Origin: Alphaproteobacteria bacterium | Lineage (GTDB): Bacteria; Pseudomonadota; Alphaproteobacteria; M2410 | Length of the DNA: 64,000 nt | Reading direction: 5' to 3' | NCBI GenBank assembly: GCA_006226415.1 | Contig: SBGZ01000054.1 | Span: forward strand, 1,554-65,553 | In this document: positions 8,741-18,273 of the stretch, one piece after another | Position numbering within the stretch: position 1 is the stretch's first letter | Layout of the letters: the number at the start of each line of letters is the position of its first letter | The notes under the pieces: model-generated | Told to the model about the DNA's origin: nothing | Seen by the model: only the letters and a program-made list of their open reading frames with translations | Database searches by the model: none | Made by a program: the position numbers and the translations under genes

Positions 8741-10440
8741 TACGACATCGGCCAAACCGTCGCCAGATATTTCCAGTTGATGAAGTAGTAAAGGACAAAG
8801 GCGATAAAGAAGACCGAGATCAACACAACTGTGCCCGGCAACTGAAGCTCGGTTTCACTGCCGTAGCTGGACACAGCTGCCACGCCTTCCGGAGTGGCTT
8901 GTACTTCGGACGTTTCCTTCAATGACTTACCAAAGAAGACAGTGCCGACGGCGACAACGATGAACATAACACCGCCCGCTGCCGCCATAATGGCTGCAAG
9001 CCCGTTCAGACCCAGCATAGCCAGAGCCATCGGCGGATATTCAAACGACAGCGTCGCGTCCGCGAAGGTGATATCCCAGTGCCGCCGGGCGACCCCAAGC
9101 GTCCCCGCGCCCATCATAAAGAGCGAGATACCTGCCACGCCCAGGCCGAAGACGTAGGGCTGCCAGCGCGCCATTTTGGGGAACATCAGCTCTTTCTGGA
9201 AGATCAGCTCCAACACCGGATAGGTAATCGCCATGAAGGCGAGTGTGGTGCCCGCAACGACGGTTCCGTGGAAGTGCCCGGGAACGTAAAGGGTGTTGTG
9301 GGTGATGATGTTGAGCTGCTCCGTGCCCATCATGACACCGGAGATACCGCCCAGGAAGCCGAACAGAACCAGCGAGATGAACATGCCCGCAAAAGCCGGG
9401 TTGTCCCAAGGCGCCTTGCGCAGCCATTCGAAGATCCCATTGGTATAGCCTTTGCGCCGCTGCGCGGCTTCAATGGCGCCGGGAACCGTCATGCCGTGGA
9501 TCATCGATCCCAGAACCGCCAGATACATGGCGTAGGACGTATTGAAGATCTTCCACTCTGAACTCAGACCCGGTTCAACCAGCAAGTGGTGAGCACAGGC
9601 CAGCTGCAGGAAGAGAATATACATCAGGAAAGCCAGACGGCTGACCTTTTCCGACAGCGGCTTGGCGCCAAGCACCATGGCCGCAATGGCATACCAGACG
9701 GCAACCTGCGCCGAAACGTTGATCTGCTGTGATGAGTGCCCCATGCCCCACCAGATCAATTTGTAGATCAACGGATCAATGTGTTGAATGATCCCCAGGG
9801 ACCAAAGCCATGTGGGCACAAGAATAATCGCCCCGGAGACGATTGTGAAAACAGCGATGATGGCGGCCGTCACGGCGGCAAATGTCACAAGCGGCACCGA
9901 GCCCTCATAGGTTTTTTCTTCCTTGGCGATGACCAGCGTTGCAAAGAACAATATGCAGCCGATCAGAGCCCCGACCGCAAAGAGGATTAACCCCAGATAA
10001 AAATGTGGGGCCGCTTGCATGGGCACATAAGACGTGAACATCACGCTGGAATTGCCTTGCAATACGGCGATGTTGGCAATAACGGCGCCGACAATCATCA
10101 GCCAAAACCCAACCCATCCCAGCTTTGGCATGGCCAAGCGGGAGTTCAGCAGCACCGCTGAGCAGAAATAGAGCAGCGCCATTTCGAAAAAGAGGATCCA
10201 GAACAAAAGCACATCCGCGCCATGCGCCGTCAGCGCCAGATAAAATAATTCATCTGACAGCAAGTGGACCGCTGGCCAGCGTGTGAGAGCAACCAGCAGA
10301 CCAAAAAGACCACCGATGGCCAGAAAGACAATGGCCACAACGGCATTGGCTTTGATGAGTTTTTCAGCTGCCAGATCGACCTTAAGGCCAGTTTTGGGGC
10401 AAGTTCGGAATTGGGTTTGGGCGTTCATCGATATCTCCAC
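8740..10440 (-). CDS. Heme-copper oxidoreductase subunit I, ba3/B-family-like, lacking the cross-linked Tyr (candidate NO reductase)
   Basis: 566 aa, colinear with remembered Thermus ba3 CbaA blocks: LTAHG, WWGMGH, ACAHH, APWDNPAF, VPGHFHG. Six canonical His are retained (H73, H235, H284, H285, H389, H391). Thermus GHPIVY reads GHSSQQ here. Confidence 0.9.
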   Translation of the reverse strand: MEISMNAQTQFRTCPKTGLKVDLAAEKLIKANAVVAIVFLAIGGLFGLLVALTRWPAVHLLSDELFYLALTAHGADVLLFWILFFEMALLYFCSAVLLNSRLAMPKLGWVGFWLMIVGAVIANIAVLQGNSSVMFTSYVPMQAAPHFYLGLILFAVGALIGCILFFATLVIAKEEKTYEGSVPLVTFAAVTAAIIAVFTIVSGAIILVPTWLWSLGIIQHIDPLIYKLIWWGMGHSSQQINVSAQVAVWYAIAAMVLGAKPLSEKVSRLAFLMYILFLQLACAHHLLVEPGLSSEWKIFNTSYAMYLAVLGSMIHGMTVPGAIEAAQRRKGYTNGIFEWLRKAPWDNPAFAGMFISLVLFGFLGGISGVMMGTEQLNIITHNTLYVPGHFHGTVVAGTTLAFMAITYPVLELIFQKELMFPKMARWQPYVFGLGVAGISLFMMGAGTLGVARRHWDITFADATLSFEYPPMALAMLGLNGLAAIMAAAGGVMFIVVAVGTVFFGKSLKETSEVQATPEGVAAVSSYGSETELQLPGTVVLISVFFIAFVLYYFINWKYLATVWPMS

Positions 10441-10443
10441 AAC

Positions 10444-11013
10444 TTAGTCAGTGACGTAAATTCGCCCGAGCATGTTGTGATGCCCGATGCCGCAAAATTC
10501 ATTACAGATAACCGAATACTGTCCGGCTTTGTCCGGGGTAATCGTCATCACCAATTCATAACCAGGGTGAACCTGGATGTTGATATTGCTGGGTTGAAGC
10601 GAAAACCCATGCTGCCAATCCTGTGAGGAAAGATGCAGCCGATAGGTCTTGTCCTTTTCAAGCTCAAGGATGGGATACCACTCCCAAAGCCGGGCGATCA
10701 TATAGATGTCGCTGCCAGCAGGTGGATGAACAACCGGTATACCGGTGTCGCCTTCCTCTCGAACCTGATAGGTTGTCGTAAAATTTTCAACCCTTTCAGC
10801 ATAGACCTCAGGGTCGATGCGATAGGATTCGTTGGAAAGATTCTGTTCGCCCGCGATATGCCAATAGATCATGGCGAAGAACATGATCAGACCCCAGACA
10901 AAAGCAACCAGGATCCAAATCAGCTCCTGTTTGCCGATACGCTCATTCCACCAAAGTGGATTTGTAGGACTGTGAATAGCCATGCGCGGCCTCCCATCGT
11001 TTTGGGTGCTCAA
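10444..11013 (-). CDS. Heme-copper oxidoreductase subunit II with CuA centre
   Basis: 189 aa with one TM plus a cupredoxin domain. CuA ligands DWQHGF ... CNEFCGIGHHNM are present. Only 3 nt separate it from subunit I. Confidence 0.85.
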   Translation of the reverse strand: MSTQNDGRPRMAIHSPTNPLWWNERIGKQELIWILVAFVWGLIMFFAMIYWHIAGEQNLSNESYRIDPEVYAERVENFTTTYQVREEGDTGIPVVHPPAGSDIYMIARLWEWYPILELEKDKTYRLHLSSQDWQHGFSLQPSNINIQVHPGYELVMTITPDKAGQYSVICNEFCGIGHHNMLGRIYVTD

Positions 11014-11079
11014 AATGCAAACACCGCAGAATCTCTGCTTAACTGGCCGCGATTAGAAGTGAAGCGGGGGGCTTCTTCC

Positions 11080-11093
11080 TTGACCAAAGTCAA
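11080..11093. promoter_or_regulatory. FNR/Dnr-type box TTGACCAAAGTCAA
   Basis: Perfect palindrome TTGAC-N4-GTCAA, 67 nt upstream of the subunit II start codon. Confidence 0.6.
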
Positions 11094-11110
11094 TCCCGGG
11101 GTGCTGAGCG

Positions 11111-11305
11111 CTAGCCTGCGACAATTTGTATAACTTTGAAAGCCAATACGGCGCTCACAAGAAGAATGCCAAAAAAGATAAGCGAGCGATCAGCAAAGGG
11201 TTTGCCGCGTCTTCTTTCCATAACGCCAAGCAACCCGTTGGCAAAGAAATAAAGCGCAACCGCGACCACTGTAAAAATCAGAAATTGCAAGGGTGCGTGC
11301 TCCAT
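11111..11305 (-). CDS. Small two-TM membrane protein (hypothetical)
   Basis: ORF 11111..11350; the likely start is MEHAPLQ at 11305. Two hydrophobic helices. No recognisable family. Confidence 0.4.
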   Translation of the reverse strand: MEHAPLQFLIFTVVAVALYFFANGLLGVMERRRGKPFADRSLIFFGILLVSAVLAFKVIQIVAG

Positions 11306-11405
11306 TGTCAGTATACGTGTTATGAGGTGAGGGTTCCGTATCTGGGGCAAATAATCAAGTCGTTCGCGCCGTCACCTGCGACATATTTGCATGGGGGTCC
11401 CAGAA

Positions 11406-11419
11406 TTGATTATGGTCAA
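11406..11419. promoter_or_regulatory. FNR/Dnr-type box TTGATTATGGTCAA
   Basis: TTGAT-N4-GTCAA sits 96 nt upstream of the nirS GTG, in the divergent intergenic region. Confidence 0.6.
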
Positions 11420-11502
11420 GGCGGACACTTGATCAGCGGGTCTAAAGAGTGACCGTGGTTCCTGCGTTGAATGACAATTCTTCCAAAACTCGCAGAAAAT
11501 GA

Positions 11503-13401
<1,899 letters not shown>

Positions 13402-13418
13402 CAGACGTGTCAAGACCT

Positions 13419-13449
13419 CCAATCCCCTCTCATTTCAGGAGGGGATTGG
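13419..13449 (+). other. 11-bp perfect hairpin between nirS and the porin gene, overlapping the porin SD
   Basis: ccaatcccctc (13419-13429) pairs with gaggggattgg (13439-13449) across a 9-nt loop. No U-tract follows. Confidence 0.5.
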
Positions 13450-13450
13450 G

Positions 13451-14686
13451 ATGGGGGTTAAAATGAAAACGAAAAGAAATAGAAAACACTTTTTATGCGC
13501 CCTGTTGGCTTCCGCTACATTGGTGTCTTTGGCGCCCTCTTCATATGCGGGAGAGGAAAACAACCTCGCCGACAATATTATTTTGGACCTGAGGCTCCGT
13601 GGTGAGTGGGTCGAACAAGATGGTAAGCCTGACAATGCCGAAGCATTGACCCTGCGCACTCGGTTTGGCTTCAAGACCGATGAGATCAGCGGTTTTCAGT
13701 TTTTGGTAGAAGGCGAAAATGTCACCCATATCATGGATGACTTTGATGACACCATTAACGGCATGGGCAACTACCCGGTGGTGGCAGATCCCGAAACCAC
13801 CGAGCTTAATCGCCTTCAGGTAAGCTATACCGGCCTTGAGAAAACCAAAATCGTCGTCGGTCGTCAGCGCATTATTCTGGGGGATGCCCGTTACGTTGGT
13901 AATGTGGGGTTCCGTCAGAACGAGCAAACCTTTGACGCGGCCTTGCTGGCCTTCAGCCCGGATGATCATGTCTCCTTCACCTATGCCTATGTGGCCAAGG
14001 TCCGCCGCGTTTTCGGCGACGATAGCGCGGTCGGCGAATTTGACATGGACACCCATATTGTCGAGCTCGCCTGGAAGGGAACGCCCGGCACGCTGACCGG
14101 CTTTGCCTATCTGGCTGATGTCGACGATGCTGCCGCAGCCTCTAACGCGACCTATGGCGCGAATTGGAGTGGAGCTCTTCAAGACACAGGCGATTTGTCG
14201 GTGAAATATAAGTTCGAATATGCCCGGCAAACGGACTACGGCAACTCACTGGACGACTTTGAGCTTTCCATGATGCGTGGTGAGTTCATCATATCCAATG
14301 GAACCCTCTCCGGCGGATTGGGGGTTGAGGTGCTGGAAGGCAACGGTGCGCGCGGATTTGCAACACCGCTGGCAACCCTGCACAAATTCCAGGGCTGGTC
14401 AGATGTTTTCCTGACCACACCCTCCGATGGTATTCGCGATCTCTATCTGACCGCTGGCTGGAAAGCGCCCGGCGTTACAGCCATCAAAGGGTTTAATGTC
14501 GGCTTGGTCTATCACAACTATGAAGCTGACAGTGGCGGCGCCAATCTGGGTTCGGAGTGGGGCGCTGTTGCTACCGCTAAGCTGACCGACAAGACGTCGC
14601 TTCAACTCAAATATGCCGACTATGACGGTGCGGGCGGTTATGCAAGTCGCACCAAGACCTGGCTCGCGCTCTCCTGGGTCTATTAG
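13451..14686 (+). CDS. Outer-membrane beta-barrel porin (alginate-export/AlgE-like pattern)
   Basis: 411 aa with a signal peptide ending SSYA. Alternating amphipathic strands. Blocks LRLRGEWVEQD and LTLRTRFGFK. Ends with an aromatic (...LSWVY). Confidence 0.55.
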   Translation: MGVKMKTKRNRKHFLCALLASATLVSLAPSSYAGEENNLADNIILDLRLRGEWVEQDGKPDNAEALTLRTRFGFKTDEISGFQFLVEGENVTHIMDDFDDTINGMGNYPVVADPETTELNRLQVSYTGLEKTKIVVGRQRIILGDARYVGNVGFRQNEQTFDAALLAFSPDDHVSFTYAYVAKVRRVFGDDSAVGEFDMDTHIVELAWKGTPGTLTGFAYLADVDDAAAASNATYGANWSGALQDTGDLSVKYKFEYARQTDYGNSLDDFELSMMRGEFIISNGTLSGGLGVEVLEGNGARGFATPLATLHKFQGWSDVFLTTPSDGIRDLYLTAGWKAPGVTAIKGFNVGLVYHNYEADSGGANLGSEWGAVATAKLTDKTSLQLKYADYDGAGGYASRTKTWLALSWVY

Positions 14687-14888
14687 AAAGTTTTAGGAAT
14701 GTGGTCCTGTCCTTGACCATGCGCCTTGAGGGTGTTGGCCGACTTGGAGAGTCGGTCGGCCATCACCCTTCAGGTGTCTTCGGGGCAGATTTTTTTAACT
14801 TGAAGGGTGCATTTTGAAACGGCTTTACTGCATCGCAGGGCCAAACCGCCTTACGGTTCTTGGCTGGTCGCCAGCGCCTTACATCTCT

Positions 14889-15710
14889 TCAAAGGGTTTT
14901 CTCCGTCGCCGTAATGGTTACGGCTGACGTGGCATCGCGGGTGGGTATCTCCGCCCGCCAGGCAAACAGAAGAGAGTTTCGCACGCCCGCACTTGCTTCA
15001 ATATATTCGCGGCCGTGATAGCTGGTCCGCTCCGGCAACGAATTGACCGCAAAGGCATAACCGCTGTTGGCTCTGTAGGGGAACCGCTTGACCTCTCGAA
15101 ACCCTTTGCCCAGCAGACGCCGATGCAAAGGTTCTCGCACGTAAAGCGAAGTCCCCAGATCTTCTTGATCTTCACTTTCCGGCAAATAAAACTGCATGGT
15201 GACAATCCGAGGATAACCATCCGGATGAGGCTTGATGCGATATTCCGCCGTATCCCGCGTCAGGGTGCCGCCGACAAAGGCATCATACCCGACAACATCG
15301 TCGACGGGTACATTCAACCGCAGAGACAAGTCCTTTTTAAGTTTTTCAAAAACCAGACGCTTCATGGTTTCTGAAGAAATGGCCCGTTTGATCTCGGTCC
15401 AAAAGTCGCGGAGGTCGTCATCGAACTTTGCGATGTTTTCGGGTGTCAGATCGATCCGGTCACGTGTTGAAGTGCCATCCGCGCGCACCCATTTCTTCAG
15501 ATTGATGGGGGCATAAAGAGAAACCGGTGGCAATTTGGTCCTGAGCATCTGGTACACATCGTCGGGCCAAATGTTCTCCACATAAATATGTTCATATGGT
15601 TCTTCAAAGGTTGTCGCGTCTGCAATCACCGACTTCCAGTGTTCAATAATACGCGCCGCCAGCCCTTCATAGGACGGGTTTGTCTCTACGTAATTCTCGG
15701 ATGTGGTCAC
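14889..15710 (-). CDS. Hypothetical protein, possible 2OG-Fe(II) oxygenase fold
   Basis: 273-aa ORF with an HxD...H pattern (RIKPHPDGYP ... TSYHGRE). The assignment is weak. Confidence 0.45.
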   Translation of the reverse strand: MTTSENYVETNPSYEGLAARIIEHWKSVIADATTFEEPYEHIYVENIWPDDVYQMLRTKLPPVSLYAPINLKKWVRADGTSTRDRIDLTPENIAKFDDDLRDFWTEIKRAISSETMKRLVFEKLKKDLSLRLNVPVDDVVGYDAFVGGTLTRDTAEYRIKPHPDGYPRIVTMQFYLPESEDQEDLGTSLYVREPLHRRLLGKGFREVKRFPYRANSGYAFAVNSLPERTSYHGREYIEASAGVRNSLLFAWRAEIPTRDATSAVTITATEKTL

Positions 15711-16029
15711 AATGTGTCTCCAAATGAGGTGCTCACGATGGCCAATTTCAGCCGGATCATAGGGCGAATTGGCTGAGCTGAGAAGCCAAATTGTCGTTCT
15801 GTGGCAATGGCTTGGCAGGGCAGTCCCCTGGCGGCGGGTGATTTTTAAAAAGGGATCAAAAAATCCTCTTTACATCACCCGGGTTCGACCCTACATAGCA
15901 ATCGCCAAGTCCGAGGAAATGCCTTGTGGGGCTGGCGCTTTTGTTTAATGGAGCCTGCCCGGTAGCCCCTCTTGGTGATTATCGCAAGAGACCCCGTGGG
16001 AGAGCTCAATTAGTCGGAGGTCCCATGAG

Positions 16030-17220
16030 GTGTCAGATTACCATAGCGCCTATGAATTAGTGTCCGCGGTCAAACCTGCCGGACCCGTTTTCTGCCAACG
16101 TCCCCATGCCATTAGAGCGGCGGCCCGTTGGTTCAAAATGAATTTTCCTGGACGGTGTCTCTACGCCGTAAAAGCCAATCCCTCGCCGTGGGTCATTTCG
16201 ATCCTCGCCGAAGAGGGTCTGTCGTTCGACGTGGCATCTCTTGATGAGGCCCGCCGAGTACGCGCCCTTGCGCCCGATGCCATGTTGGGCTTCATGCACC
16301 CGATCAAGGCCTATGAAGCCATTCGAGAGGCCTATTTTGATTTGGGCATCCGCACATTCTCGCTCGATAGCTTGAGTGAGCTGCAAAAGATCATGGCCGC
16401 GACTGACAATGCGAAGGATCTGACCCTTTGTGTGCGCCTGCGCGTCTCTAGCGAGCTTTCCAAGATCTCCCTGGGTGCCAAATTTGGCGCTGGCCACGAG
16501 GAAGCCTCACTGCTTTTGGCGGCCGTGCGCCAAAAGGCGGACCGCCTGGGCGTCTGTTTCCATGTCGGCAGTCAGGCCATGCACCCCGGCGCTTTTGCCG
16601 CCGCCATTGATCTTGTGGAGCGCGCCATCATTGAAGCCGGTGTGATTGTGGATGTTCTGGATGTGGGCGGCGGCTTCCCCGCGCCTTATCCAGGCTATAT
16701 GGCGCCGCCCCTTGAAGACTATGTGGCGATGATCACCGCGAGATTTGAAGAGCTCCTGGTCACCAACAATTGTGAGCTTTGGTGCGAACCCGGTCGGGCC
16801 CTGACGGCGGAATCCATGTCCCTTGTCGTGCGTGTTGAAGCGCGCAAAGGGCATGAGCTCTACATCAATGACGGTGTCTACGGCGCGCTCTTTGATGCCG
16901 GCCAATTGGGCTGGACTTATCCCGTGCGGCTTTTGCGCCCCCGGATCAATCCTTCCGAGACCGGCTTCTCCTTCTATGGGCCAACCTGTGACGACTATGA
17001 TCACATGAAGGGCCCATTCTATCTGCCCTCTGACGCGGGCGTTGGAGACTATATTGAGATCGGCAACATCGGGGCCTATGGCGCCGCCATGGCCACAAGA
17101 TTTAATGGTTTTGGTGCCTTTGAGGAATTTCTTGTCGAAGACGCACCCATGCTGACAGCCTATGGCCGTATGGCCCAGCTCCCTGTTCCCTTTACCCAAA
17201 CGGAAGAAAACAATGCTTGA
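16030..17220 (+). CDS. Group IV PLP-dependent decarboxylase (ornithine/lysine/arginine decarboxylase-like, alanine-racemase fold)
   Basis: GTG start 10 nt after GGAGG. YAVKANPSPWV carries the PLP lysine. Also FHVGSQ, DVGGGFP and an EPGRAL-type block. Confidence 0.85.
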   Translation: MSDYHSAYELVSAVKPAGPVFCQRPHAIRAAARWFKMNFPGRCLYAVKANPSPWVISILAEEGLSFDVASLDEARRVRALAPDAMLGFMHPIKAYEAIREAYFDLGIRTFSLDSLSELQKIMAATDNAKDLTLCVRLRVSSELSKISLGAKFGAGHEEASLLLAAVRQKADRLGVCFHVGSQAMHPGAFAAAIDLVERAIIEAGVIVDVLDVGGGFPAPYPGYMAPPLEDYVAMITARFEELLVTNNCELWCEPGRALTAESMSLVVRVEARKGHELYINDGVYGALFDAGQLGWTYPVRLLRPRINPSETGFSFYGPTCDDYDHMKGPFYLPSDAGVGDYIEIGNIGAYGAAMATRFNGFGAFEEFLVEDAPMLTAYGRMAQLPVPFTQTEENNA

Positions 17221-18265
17221 TAAAAACGCAACCAACCAAAAGGCTGAGCTGCTGTCGCGCCCGGTCGAACACATCGACATCAAATCCTTTGATGCGCGCC
17301 CCATCATTGCCGCCATGGACAAGATGTCGTTTTCCTCGCGCGATGTGGCGCGGGCGAGCGAAATCTATAACGCCATGCTGAAGGACAAGGACTGCACGGT
17401 GATGCTGACACTTGCCGGCTCCACATCCGCAGGCGGTTGCATGGACGCCTATGCCGACCTCCTGGAGCTCGGCATGATCGACGTCATTGTCTCCACGGGG
17501 GCCTCTATCGTCGACATGGATTTCTTTGAAGGCATGGGCTTTAAACACTATCAGGCCCGCGACCTCATTCGCGACGAGAGCCTGCGCGATCTCTTGATCG
17601 ACCGGATTTACGACACCTATATCGACGAAGAAGAATTGCAGCGTGTGGACCACACCATTGGTGACATTGCCGATGGCCTGACGCCGGGCGCCATCTCTTC
17701 GCGCGCGTTCATCCGTGAAATGGGGCGCTGGCTGTCAGAAAACGGCAAGAAAGAAAAAAGCCTCGTCCGTCTGGCCTATGAAAAAGACGTGCCGATTTTC
17801 TGCCCGGCTTTTTCTGATAGTTCGGCAGGCTTTGGACTTGTGCGCCACCAGGTGGACCGCATCAAGGAAGGCAAGCCCTATGTCTCCATCGACAGCGTGG
17901 CGGACTTCCGTGAGCTCACGCAAATTAAAATCGATGCGGGCACCACAGGTCTCATGATGATCGGTGGCGGCGTGCCGAAGAACTTTGCCCAGGATACCGT
18001 TGTCTGTGCGGAAATCCTTGGCCATGACGATGTGGAAATGCACAAATATGCCGTCCAGATTACGGTGGCCGACGTGCGCGATGGCGCTTGCTCTTCGTCA
18101 ACGCTGAAAGAAGCCTGCTCCTGGGGCAAGGTCTCCACAGCGCTTGAGCAAATGGTTTTTGCAGAAGCCACAACCGTCTTCCCACTCATCGCGTCTGACG
18201 CTTATCATCAGGGCCATTGGAAGGATCGCGCACCGAAACATTGGGCGCGCCTCTTTAAGGATTGA
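17213..18265 (+). CDS. Deoxyhypusine synthase-like aminobutyl transferase (bacterial DHS homolog)
   Basis: 350 aa from the ATG at 17213, which overlaps the decarboxylase stop (ATGCTTGA). DHS-type blocks LAGSTSAGG and MIGGGVPKNF. The catalytic-lysine context EACSWGKV matches the eukaryotic EAVSWGK. Confidence 0.85.
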   Translation: MLDKNATNQKAELLSRPVEHIDIKSFDARPIIAAMDKMSFSSRDVARASEIYNAMLKDKDCTVMLTLAGSTSAGGCMDAYADLLELGMIDVIVSTGASIVDMDFFEGMGFKHYQARDLIRDESLRDLLIDRIYDTYIDEEELQRVDHTIGDIADGLTPGAISSRAFIREMGRWLSENGKKEKSLVRLAYEKDVPIFCPAFSDSSAGFGLVRHQVDRIKEGKPYVSIDSVADFRELTQIKIDAGTTGLMMIGGGVPKNFAQDTVVCAEILGHDDVEMHKYAVQITVADVRDGACSSSTLKEACSWGKVSTALEQMVFAEATTVFPLIASDAYHQGHWKDRAPKHWARLFKD

Positions 18266-18273
18266 TCTTACAA

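Noticed and set aside
8673-8798. N-terminal extension of the ctaB ORF overlapping the end of subunit I
   Set aside because: The extension would overlap subunit I by 59 nt and encodes an Arg-rich non-membrane sequence. The ATG at 8672 gives a normal CtaB N-terminus.
15878-15891. tRNA T-arm-like string CCCGGGTTCGACCC in the leader of the polyamine operon
   Set aside because: Only the T-loop-like motif is present. No acceptor, D or anticodon arms can be drawn around it.
16507-17322. Long antisense or alternate-frame ORFs inside well-supported genes (also 13541..14230, 25627..26487, 27001..27735, 36172..36828, 51059..51793, 53251..53889, 60609..61631, 61508..62125)
   Set aside because: Each overlaps a gene with clear family motifs. 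Their translations are low-complexity (R/G/H/P-rich) with no motif. I treat them as shadow ORFs.
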